DNA of 64,000 nucleotides from Candidatus Latescibacterota bacterium (GTDB lineage Bacteria; Latescibacterota; UBA2968; UBA8231): NCBI GenBank assembly GCA_965248355.1, contig OZ252098.1, positions 2,080,001 to 2,144,000 of the forward strand, read 5' to 3'. Shown piece by piece: positions 10,220 to 19,132 of this stretch (position 1 is its first letter; each line of letters starts with the position of its first letter). The notes under the pieces were generated by a model. It saw only the letters and a program-made list of their open reading frames with translations, ran no database searches and was not told where the DNA came from. The position numbers and the translations under genes were made by a program.

Positions 10220-11870
10220 TCGCTGTCTCCACGGCCGTTTGTTGCCTGCAATTCATAACGATATCTCGTATTGGCGTTCACCCCGTTGTGCGTGAAGAAG
10301 AGTCTGTTCATGTCCGGAAGGAGGGGGCAAACATTCCAAGCCGACCAGGAAAGCCCCCCAAGCAAGTCTACACCGGGACCCCAGTCCGGCTTGCTCTGAA
10401 ACCGCAGCCTGTACCCAGTCGCTGCCGGCTTCACCGCTGTCCAAGCCACCCCGATGGAGCTCGCTCCCGCCGTGGCAGAATCCACCGTCGGCCGTCCCGG
10501 TATCGAATTCTCGGGTGCGTCGTCCTCCGACTCATGGATCTGAAGGCTTGCCGTAGCCTGCGCACCCGCCTGAACACCTACTGGAAGTGTGCTCCCAAAA
10601 CCGAGCGATACCCACTCGTCGTCGAGGTCAGTATCAGAATTGGCAGTAATAGTGAATCGCTTCGAACTATCGCCGGCAAGAAACCCCAGCGACAGGCTAC
10701 TGACACTGTAGTCCTCACTCTCTGCTGCTTGGACGACGTCAGGGTCGACGCTCACCACGATCGGAATCTCCATCGCCCGATCCGCCACCGGGGCCACTCT
10801 CACCGTTACCTCCACAGATTGGCCTTCCGCCACTCCGTAGCTCGCCGCGCTGTACGACACAGCCATGAGAGGCACCTTCACGGCGTCCGACCACGGCCCA
10901 GCCCCCGCCGCGTTCACCGCCCGTACCTGGAAACGGTGAAATACGCCATGGTCTATGGGCGGCGTCTCTGTCGTCGCTGACCCGCTCCCAGAGATGGCTC
11001 TCCCAATCGCCGCCGACTCCGCCGGGGTCCAGGTCCCCGACCCGTCACCTTGCTGCCTCCTGTACTCCCAGCCCGTGATCGTCGGATCCTCCACGACCGG
11101 GTCCGTCCACCGCAGGGTCACCTGACCATTGCCCGCCTCTGCTGTCACATCAGTCGGCGGCAGTGGTGGCGGGGACATGTCCCGGATCTGAGCATGCTCC
11201 AGGTCCGCTGAACCCCCCGGCATGATTCGGATACCGCCCCAGGCGTGGGTGCCGGACCACGTTGTACTGGACTTCTTGCGAAATCTGATTGGGCTATCCT
11301 CGTCGGAGGCATTCAGAGTTCCATAAACGAAGATCTCCGCACGGTCATCCAGGCCATGCCCTTCCTGCAATTTGTGGATATCTTGCCTAGGCTCGAACTC
11401 GATGACCGCGCCTGGTTGCATGGTAAGGGTTGCCCCCGGCAGTACCACAATATCGCCGCGCAGTGAAATCGTGCCTTCCCAAGAAACATCACCCACCACG
11501 GGAAAATGATGGAAGTTCTCATGAGGTATTCTCCGCTTCCCGTAGTCATCTACACTTCTACCGGACCGAATGGTCCTCCAACCCTTATAGAATGGACTTA
11601 TGGCCGCTCTGTTTGACTCCGCCAGTCCCAACATGAGCAGGAAAGCATTGAGCGGAGGAAAAGGAATCTTGGACAACCATACAGCGGGCGACGCTACAGC
11701 AGGTGTTCCGAAGAAGATCTTGACACCGAGCCAACTCACCTCTGGCGACAGTCCCATATTGTCAGCATTTGTAGGATCTGGGTCCGGCAACATCACAATC
11801 TTGTAAGATTGGGCAAAGTCACTATCGCTAGAAATCTCCGGATGCAAGACTCGTCCGCCACTTGTTAGAT
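10220..11870 (-). pseudogene. Internal fragment of the giant gene (beta-helix cap, FN3, Calx-beta-like, FN3)
   Basis: GDIVVLPGATLTMQPG...WGGIRI; FQVRAVNAAGAGPWS; VSYSAASYGVAEG...DTDLDDE; YRYELQATNGRGDSD. Confidence 0.82.
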
Positions 11871-13294
11871 GGCATTGTCCCGATCTTAGTTGAAATAGCA
11901 CAGGCTCCCATCGTTACGTTTGATACGAGAAATCCCCAAGAAGCCTCGTATCGGTAACCCAAGGAGCCTGCCATGAGCAAGCTACAAGCACGGAAAAGGG
12001 GCGTCAAACGGACCGTGGCCATCGGCCCCGTGAACCGCCAAGCCACCGCGTCGATGGACGATCTGGAGACTCGCATCGAGGTCATCCAGCTGCTGATCCC
12101 TTTGGGTCTGCAGGCGGTCTCGGAGGAGCTGCAGCAGTCGGTCGAGGCCTTGGCCGGACCTCGGTATCAGCGCAAGGGTCCGGATCAGGCGTTGCGCCGC
12201 TGGGGAGCGCAGGCCGGGTCGGTGTACCTGGGCGATCAGAAACTGCCGGTCGAGGTGCCGCGCGTGCGCGATGTGGTCCGCGGCACCGAGGTCCCGCTGG
12301 AGGCCTACCAGGCCCTGCAGACGCCGAGGCAGATGGATCAGGGGCTGTTGTTGCGGGTGCTGAAGGGCCTGGCCACGCGCAACTACGAGGCCTGCGCCGA
12401 GACCGTCCCGCAAGCCTTCGGTCTGTCCCGTTCCTCGGTCTCTCGCCGGTATGTGAAAGGCACGGCGCGCAAGCTGGCCGAATTCCAGCAGCGATCCCTG
12501 GAAGGCTACGACCTGGTGGCGCTGTTTCTGGACGGCAAGAGCTTTGCCGACGAGGAAATCCTCATCGCCCTGGGCGTCACTGTGGAAGGACACAAGATCC
12601 CTCTGGGTTTCGTGCAGGCGGCGACCGAGAACGAGCGCGTCTGTCGTCGCTTCCTGGCGGAGCTGGTCGAGCGGGGCCTGCAATACGAGGCCGGGCTGCT
12701 CGTGGTGATCGATGGAGGCAAGGGCCTGTACAAGGCAGTGCGGTCGGTGCTCCAGGGCCATGCCTGCGTGCAGCGATGCCAGTATCACAAGCGCCAGAAC
12801 GTGGTCTCGTACCTGCCCAAGAGCGAGCAGGGCGGCGTTCGTCGAAAGCTGGAAGCGGCGTATGGGCACTCGACGTACGAGGAGGCCCAAGCCGCCCTGG
12901 AGGCGCTGAAACCGGGGTTGCAGTTGATGAACCAGTCGGCCCTGCGCAGCTTGGAGGAAGGCCAGCAAGAAACCCTCACGCTCCACCGCCTGGGCCTGAT
13001 GCCGATGCTGAAGGCCTCCTTCCGTACCACCAACTGTATCGAGAACGTCAACAGTCTCCTGGAGCAGTTGACGCACAACGTGCGGCGCTGGACGAACTCG
13101 TCGCAGCGTCACCGCTGGGTCGCCACGGCGTTGCTCGACATCGAACCTCGCCTGCGCCGGATCAACGGTTACCACCACCTGCCGATGCTCCGACAAGCGC
13201 TCCAAGCCGAACTCGGCCTCAAACAGCTCGCGATGACGGGCTGACTCATCCACTCGAGCCTGGGCTACGTTTCAACTGAAAATGGGACTTGCCC
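11871..13294 (+). mobile_element. IS256-family insertion sequence
   Basis: Imperfect 26-bp IRs GGCATTGTCCCGATCTTAGTTGAAAT and (reverse complement) GGGCAAGTCCCATTTTCAGTTGAAAC; 8-bp target duplication TGTTAGAT (11863-11870, 13295-13302). Confidence 0.93.
11973..13244 (+). CDS. IS256/Mutator-family transposase
   Basis: VPRVRD, LFLDGK, ALGVT.EG.K..LGF, VIDGGKGL, QRCQYHK, TTNCIE motifs. Confidence 0.93.
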   Translation: MSKLQARKRGVKRTVAIGPVNRQATASMDDLETRIEVIQLLIPLGLQAVSEELQQSVEALAGPRYQRKGPDQALRRWGAQAGSVYLGDQKLPVEVPRVRDVVRGTEVPLEAYQALQTPRQMDQGLLLRVLKGLATRNYEACAETVPQAFGLSRSSVSRRYVKGTARKLAEFQQRSLEGYDLVALFLDGKSFADEEILIALGVTVEGHKIPLGFVQAATENERVCRRFLAELVERGLQYEAGLLVVIDGGKGLYKAVRSVLQGHACVQRCQYHKRQNVVSYLPKSEQGGVRRKLEAAYGHSTYEEAQAALEALKPGLQLMNQSALRSLEEGQQETLTLHRLGLMPMLKASFRTTNCIENVNSLLEQLTHNVRRWTNSSQRHRWVATALLDIEPRLRRINGYHHLPMLRQALQAELGLKQLAMTG

Positions 13295-14332
13295 TGTTAG
13301 ATTATCATCATAGGTAACCTTCCCCGCCCTAACGTAATCCCCAGGCGTTGGATACAGGCCATGGCCTCCCGCACTCACATACACGATAAGGGCTTCTCCC
13401 CCTACGGCAGGAATTCTCACCCGAGGGTTGGTTGTGGAGGGAGAATCGGTAATGTCATAGTATGAAATGCTCTTTCCATGAAACATGTAGTCTATGCCAG
13501 AAAGCTGTGCCTGTGCAGGATTCCGACTGGTTACAATAATGTTGACCTTTTGCCAGTCACCCTCATGGTTATTTTGCCAATCGTTATATGGAAAGAAGAG
13601 AAAATACGTTATGACGACGGACCCGAATCCGTCCGTGGGATCGGGGCGCTCGAAGACGTGTGCATATACGGTATTCGGAAAGCGCCATCCTGCACGGGAA
13701 TCGTCTTCCCCACTGCCAGGAAAATATGCCCGATCCCAGGACTCTTCATCGTCGCCCGGATAATCGAAATAGGAATGAGCGCGGTAGTTGCCGGGGATAA
13801 GATCTGGACCGATTGTATAGTACCATCCTGCGTTACGCAGAAAGGCAAACTTGCCTTCGGAAGGGACCGTCTTAGACAAGAAACTCACATTACCTTCTCT
13901 TTCGCGCAAGCCTCCAAGGTCCTGCCAATCCGGAAACTGGGCCTCCTCTATCGCCCTACTCGCATTCGCAGCAGTGACCTTCATCCAGATGCTGGAAATG
14001 GAATTTGCACCTATAATCTCCACAGGCTCGGGATTGAGCACTTTACGATCTAACCTCTCAGGATTCTTGGTCAAAACAACTATGGGGGCAAATCGCCTGG
14101 CCAAGGTTGAATCACTTGCCGCAAGGGACGAAGCGCCAATGTGTGATGGATGAAGTAGCAAATATCCCAGGATGATACCCAGACTCGGTATCCAATGAGT
14201 CCAGTTCTGGGTCGCTATATTCCTGCTTCGGACCATCGGTTGCTGAGGAATCCGCGGGCCGATCCGAGTTTCGTGCCGCACTCTTCGCTCCTTCCAATGC
14301 AGAATTGACTGCCTTCTTCCCATCAATTCCAT
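13295..14332 (-). pseudogene. N-terminal fragment of the giant gene: signal peptide and Vps62/NPP1-like domain
   Basis: Hydrophobic stretch WIPSLGIILGYLLL; LARRFAP...YFLFFPYNDWQNNHEGDWQKV...MFHG...VYVSAGGHGLYP. The true start could be at 14332 or slightly downstream. Confidence 0.75.
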
Positions 14333-14344
14333 GCCTTTCGTATC

Positions 14345-15403
14345 TCAGAACCGCAACCTCAGGACTCCTGCGATCTCTCCCTTGGGACCAGATCCCAGAC
14401 CGATGGAGAAACGACGCGCTTTGCCAGCGGCGATATCGGACTTGCCAGACAATCCCGTGTGGCGTGACCATTCTGATGCAACTGTGGAACCAACGATTGG
14501 TCCCGCGACCATGGATGGCCATAGTGTGCCGTCACTGATCAGGGTCAACAAGCCGCAGGTCACCAGTCCCCCGAGACTGCCTACCAGCGAATGCGTGAAA
14601 CGATCGTTTGGCTCCACCATACTCACGCCGATGGAAGCTCCCAATACCCAGCCTGTACTGGCGCCAAGAAAACCAGCTATATCGGCACAAGAGTCCTCTT
14701 GCGAGGCGTGCTGCTCGTTGATTGGGAACCACCCTCGACAATGACCGTAGTACTCGTCGATTCTGGTACCGATCATCCCCCCTACCCAAAAGAGAAGACT
14801 TGCACCGGCTGCTCCCGCGCCAAGCTTTCCTGATATTCGTTCTAGGGCCCCCTTATTGTCTTCTATTCTCACAGAGAGTGTATCCGCGATGCTCAGGAAT
14901 GCACTGTCTTGGACAGCATTACCGGACTCGCCTTGCATCATCTTTAGCCCTTCATCCTTCCTCTCCGGTGTGCTGGTTTCATTTTGATCTGCCTCGTCCA
15001 TGCTCCCCATGACCCGGTGGTCCGGAAAGTACAGGGTGACTCCTTGCGCTTCCTCCGCGAGTGAGTCGCTGGGATCCAGCAATTCCAACCTCTTGATTCG
15101 TTGCAGTTCGATTCGCTGCGGTAAGTCCCGCCCTTTCTGCGCGAGCAGCAACCGTTGCTCGTTGATGGCCTGAATGGTCCCTGTCGCTGTGACCAGCCTG
15201 GGCCATTCTCCCGTGGCCGGATCAGCGATGCCCAGCCCGTAGACGATGATCACCGGTGTGCCCACTCTCATTTTACTGGTGTCGATTGCAGAGAACTCTG
15301 GAATAACGCCCGGATCGTTCGCCGAGTTCGCATATGTATGGTCGGGCAAGGCTATTAGGATCAGCGTAAGCAGTACTAGAAAGAGCCTTCCGGCGAATCT
15401 CAT
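14345..15403 (-). CDS. Hypothetical exported/membrane protein with glycine-zipper-like C-terminal helices
   Basis: SD GGAAGGGGAG before the ATG; N-terminal signal peptide; Gly-rich hydrophobic segments; ends GVLRLRF. Confidence 0.8.
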   Translation of the reverse strand: MRFAGRLFLVLLTLILIALPDHTYANSANDPGVIPEFSAIDTSKMRVGTPVIIVYGLGIADPATGEWPRLVTATGTIQAINEQRLLLAQKGRDLPQRIELQRIKRLELLDPSDSLAEEAQGVTLYFPDHRVMGSMDEADQNETSTPERKDEGLKMMQGESGNAVQDSAFLSIADTLSVRIEDNKGALERISGKLGAGAAGASLLFWVGGMIGTRIDEYYGHCRGWFPINEQHASQEDSCADIAGFLGASTGWVLGASIGVSMVEPNDRFTHSLVGSLGGLVTCGLLTLISDGTLWPSMVAGPIVGSTVASEWSRHTGLSGKSDIAAGKARRFSIGLGSGPKGEIAGVLRLRF

Positions 15404-15784
15404 GGCTTCACTCCCCTTCCCTGAAATGGGAAACAGTCGGCTTTGCAGGCCAACACATCACTCTTTGCGGCACCAGACACATCTATCCCGATGTGCGGAA
15501 CAAGGCAAAGCACAGTCTGAGCAAATTTATGCCACTGAGAAAGGGAGGCTCTGCTATCGGAATTCAGCCGGCGATTGTGCCTTGATGGGTAGAGTTGGAC
15601 GATCCTGGCAGAGATGGTGTGTCCTGGCGGCCATAGGGGCCAAGGGAGGCAAGATACCAAAGGCGCCCCCGGGGGGTATCTTCGCTTATTCGCACGTGTT
15701 AACCACAAAATCCCGGTTTACCATGGAATTACAAAATGGGAAGTTTGGGGGATTCTGCGTGCGGTCTCTCTCCGTGAGAATGCG

Positions 15785-15813
15785 AGTGTACCCGTGGGGG
15801 CGAAGTATGTCAA
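15785..15813 (-). promoter_or_regulatory. Sigma70-type promoter of the island operon
   Basis: Minus strand TTGACA-N17-TACACT. Confidence 0.65.
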
Positions 15814-15898
15814 GCGATATGTGATATGGTCATGGGTCGCCACGACTTCTGCACGGCCTCATGGAGGCGAGAGGGCCTCAGGCGTGGTCTCCGGGCCC

Positions 15899-18800
15899 TC
15901 AGCTCTCCCCGCCTCCCTCCGAGTCTACGTCCCGCCCCCCAACCACCTCCCGACCCCGCCACAGCGCGTAGACCGCCGGCAACACCAACAACGCCAGCAA
16001 GGTGGCGGTCGCCAGCCCCCCGACCATCGGCGCCGCGATCCGCTGCATCACCTGCGACCCGGCCCCCGAGGCCCACATGATCGGCAGCAGGCCGCCCACG
16101 GTGGAGCCCACGGTCATGAAGATCGGGCGCACCCGCCTCGAGGCCCCCTCGACGATGGCCTCGGCGAGGTCTCCGGGGCTTTCGAGACGGCCCTCCTGGC
16201 GGCGGCTCTCCAGCGCCTGGTCGAGATATGTCAGCATCACCACGCCCAACTCGGCGCTGACCCCGGCGAGGGCGATGAACCCCACGCCCACGGCGACGCT
16301 CATGTTGTAGTCGAGCAGGTAGATGAGCCAGATCCCACCGACCAAGGCGAAGGGCAGGGTCAACATCACCATCAAACTTTCGACGACGCTGCGGAAGTGG
16401 AGAAAGAGGAGCAGGAAGATGATGGCCAGGGTCACCGGGACGACGAGGCTCAGCCGCTCCTTGGCCCTCTCCATGTATTCGTACTGGCCGCTCCAGACCA
16501 GGCTGTACCCCGGCGGCAGGTCGATCTCCTCGCCCACGATCTCCCTGGCGCGCTCGACATAGGTGCCCACGTCGACGTCGCGGATGTCGATGTAGACCCA
16601 GGCGTTGAGGCGGGCGTTCTCGCTCTTGATGGCCGGCGGCCCCTTGCGGATGCGCAGGTCGGCGAGCTGGGCCATCGGCACCTGGGCCCCGCTCGGCGTG
16701 GCCACCAGCACCCGCCTGAGGGCGGGCAGGTTGTCGCGCAGCTCGCGGCCGTAGCGCAGGTTCACCGGGTAGCGCTCGCGGCCCTCCACGGTGTGGGTGA
16801 CGTTGACGCCGCCCACGGCGGACAGGATCACGTCCTGCACGTCCCCCACCGTGAGCCCGTAGCGCCCCGCCTCCTCGCGGTCGATCTCGAAGTCGAGGTA
16901 GTTGCCCCCGGCCACCCGCTCGGCGTAGACGCTGGCCGTGCCCGGGATCTCCCGCACCACCTGCTCGATCCGCCGGCCCACCTCCTGGAGCGTCTCCAGA
17001 TCGCCGCCGGCGACCTTGATGCCCACGGGGGTCTTGATGCCGGTGGAGAGCATGTCGATGCGCGTCTTGATCGGCATGGTCCAGGCGTTGGTCAGGCCGG
17101 GAAAGCGCACGGCCCGGTCCAGCTCCTCCACCAGCTTCTCCGGGGTCATGCCCGGCCGCCACTGGTCCTGGGGCCGCAGGGTGATGGTGGTCTCGATCAT
17201 CGACAGCGGCGCCGGGTCGGTGGCGGTCTCGGCGCGGCCGATCTTGCCGAAGACGTTCTCCACCTCCGGGAAGGTGCGGATGATGCGGTCGGTCTGCTGC
17301 AGCAGCTCCCGGGCCTTGGTCACCGAGACCCCCGGCAGGGTCGTGGGCATGTAGAGCAGGTCGCCCTCGTACAGGGGCGGCATGAACTCGGAGCCGATCA
17401 TCTCCAGGGGAAAGAGCCGCTGCAGGCGTGACAGCGCCTGGTGGGCCAGGCTGCCGGGCTGGTCGGCGAAGCGCTCGACCACGGCGCTGCGGAAGGGAAA
17501 CAGCGACACGAACATCACGGCCGCGGCGGCGGCGAGGGTGGCGGCCTTGTGGCGCAGCAGCCAGTCCAGGACCGGCGTGTACCCCCGGGTCAGGAGGCGG
17601 TTGAGCGGATTGCGGTCGGCGTCGACGATCCGGCCCCTCAGGCAGAAGCCGATGAGCACGGGCACCACCGTGATCGACAGCAGGGCGGCGGCGGCCATGG
17701 CGTAGGTCTTGGTGTAGGCCAGGGGTTTGAAGAGCCGGCCTTCCTGGGCCTCCAGGGTGAAGACGGGCAGGAAGGAGAGGGTGACGATGAGGAGCGAGAA
17801 GAACAGGGCCGGCCCCACCTCCTTGGAGGCGGCGGCGATGATGGCCCAGTGGTCCTTGCGGCCCCGGTCCCGCGCCAGGTGCCGGTGGGCGTTCTCGATC
17901 TGCACGATGCCGGCGTCGACCATGGCGCCCACGGCGATGGCGATCCCTCCGAGGGACATGATGTTGGCGTTGATCCCCTGGCCCCACATGACGATGAAGG
18001 CGACGAGGATGCCGAGGGGCAGGGTGAAGACGGCGGCGAAGGCGCTGCGGAAGTGGAGCAGGAAGAGGCCGCAGACCGCGGCCACCACCAGGCACTCCTC
18101 GATCAGCTTCTCCTTCAGGTGGCCCACGGCGCGGCGGATGAGGCCCGAGCGGTCGTAGGCCGTCTCCACCACCACCCCTTCCGGCAGCCCGGCCTCCAGG
18201 GACTCGAGCTTCTCCTTCACCGCGTCGATCACGGCCAGGGCGTTCTCGCCGTAGCGCATGACCACGATGCCGCCGGCCACCTCCCCCTCGCCGTTCCACT
18301 CCGCCAGGCCGCGGCGCAGCTCCGGCCCCACCTGCACGGTGGCGATGTCCCGCACCCGCACCGGGGTCCCCGAGCGGCCGGCGCTGACCGGGACGTCACG
18401 GATGTCCTCGACGGAGCGGATGTAACCGAGGCCGCGCACCATGAACTCGGTCTCGGCCAGCTCGATGAGACGGCCGCCGACGTCGTTGTTGCTGCGCTGG
18501 ATGGCGCTCTTGATCTGCCGCAGCGAAATCCCGTAGGCCAGCAGCTTGTTGGGATCGACGGTCACCTGGTACTGCTTGACGAAGCCGCCGATGCTGGCCA
18601 CCTCGGCGACGCCGGGCACGCTGGTCAGCTCGTAGCGCAGGTACCAGTCCTGGATCGAGCGCAGCTCGGCGAGGTCGCGGCGGCCGCTGGTGTCGACGAG
18701 GGCGTACTCGTAGACCCAGCCGACGCCGGTGGCGTCCGGACCGAGCCTCGGCTGCACCCCCTCGGGCAGGCGGTCGCCGGCGAAGCTCAGGTACTCGAGG

Positions 18801-19132
18801 ACGCGGCTGCGCGCCCAGTACATGTCGGTGCCGTCCTCGAAGATGACGTAGACGAAGGAGAGCCCGAAGAAGGAGTACCCCCTCACGGTCTTGGCGTAGG
18901 GCACCGCCAGCATGGCCGTGCTCAGGGGAAAGGTCACCTGGTCCTCCACCACCTGGGGCGCCTGCCCCGGGTACTCGGTGAGGACGATCACCTGCACGTC
19001 CGACAGGTCGGGGATGGCGTCGAGGGGGGTCTCGGACATGGCCAGGAAGCCGGCGCCCGCCACCAGCAGGGTCACCAGCACGGTCAGCAGCTTGTTGCCG
19101 ACGCAGGCCTCGATGATGCGGCCGATCATCAC
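15899..19132 (-). CDS. cusA: CusA/SilA-family heavy-metal (Cu/Ag) RND efflux pump
   Basis: PLDAIPDLSDVQVI, GPDATGVGWVYEY, SEFMPPLYEG, WTMPIKTRIDMLSTG, MQRIAAPMVGG. Confidence 0.97.
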   Translation of the reverse strand: MMIGRIIEACVGNKLLTVLVTLLVAGAGFLAMSETPLDAIPDLSDVQVIVLTEYPGQAPQVVEDQVTFPLSTAMLAVPYAKTVRGYSFFGLSFVYVIFEDGTDMYWARSRVLEYLSFAGDRLPEGVQPRLGPDATGVGWVYEYALVDTSGRRDLAELRSIQDWYLRYELTSVPGVAEVASIGGFVKQYQVTVDPNKLLAYGISLRQIKSAIQRSNNDVGGRLIELAETEFMVRGLGYIRSVEDIRDVPVSAGRSGTPVRVRDIATVQVGPELRRGLAEWNGEGEVAGGIVVMRYGENALAVIDAVKEKLESLEAGLPEGVVVETAYDRSGLIRRAVGHLKEKLIEECLVVAAVCGLFLLHFRSAFAAVFTLPLGILVAFIVMWGQGINANIMSLGGIAIAVGAMVDAGIVQIENAHRHLARDRGRKDHWAIIAAASKEVGPALFFSLLIVTLSFLPVFTLEAQEGRLFKPLAYTKTYAMAAAALLSITVVPVLIGFCLRGRIVDADRNPLNRLLTRGYTPVLDWLLRHKAATLAAAAAVMFVSLFPFRSAVVERFADQPGSLAHQALSRLQRLFPLEMIGSEFMPPLYEGDLLYMPTTLPGVSVTKARELLQQTDRIIRTFPEVENVFGKIGRAETATDPAPLSMIETTITLRPQDQWRPGMTPEKLVEELDRAVRFPGLTNAWTMPIKTRIDMLSTGIKTPVGIKVAGGDLETLQEVGRRIEQVVREIPGTASVYAERVAGGNYLDFEIDREEAGRYGLTVGDVQDVILSAVGGVNVTHTVEGRERYPVNLRYGRELRDNLPALRRVLVATPSGAQVPMAQLADLRIRKGPPAIKSENARLNAWVYIDIRDVDVGTYVERAREIVGEEIDLPPGYSLVWSGQYEYMERAKERLSLVVPVTLAIIFLLLFLHFRSVVESLMVMLTLPFALVGGIWLIYLLDYNMSVAVGVGFIALAGVSAELGVVMLTYLDQALESRRQEGRLESPGDLAEAIVEGASRRVRPIFMTVGSTVGGLLPIMWASGAGSQVMQRIAAPMVGGLATATLLALLVLPAVYALWRGREVVGGRDVDSEGGGES

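Larger units (their letters stand above)
2512..14332 (-). pseudogene. Giant secreted multidomain protein gene (about 3,012 aa reconstructed), disrupted by IS256, IS3, a 1-bp deletion near 10217 and a TGA at 6988-6990
   Basis: Removing each IS plus one target-duplication copy restores the frame (YDDNLT-SGGRV; DVAGW-KPDDV). Adding one G gives the FN3 motif GDSDWS. The frame continues through the TGA into the 1485-aa ORF. Confidence 0.88.

Noticed and set aside
7365..13294. Composite transposon bounded by the IS3 and IS256
   Set aside because: They belong to different IS families and each has its own target duplication, so they are independent insertions.
15521..15534. Sigma54-like motif TGGCATAAATTTGC on the minus strand upstream of the island operon
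   Set aside because: GG-to-GC spacing is 9 nt, not the strictly required 10.
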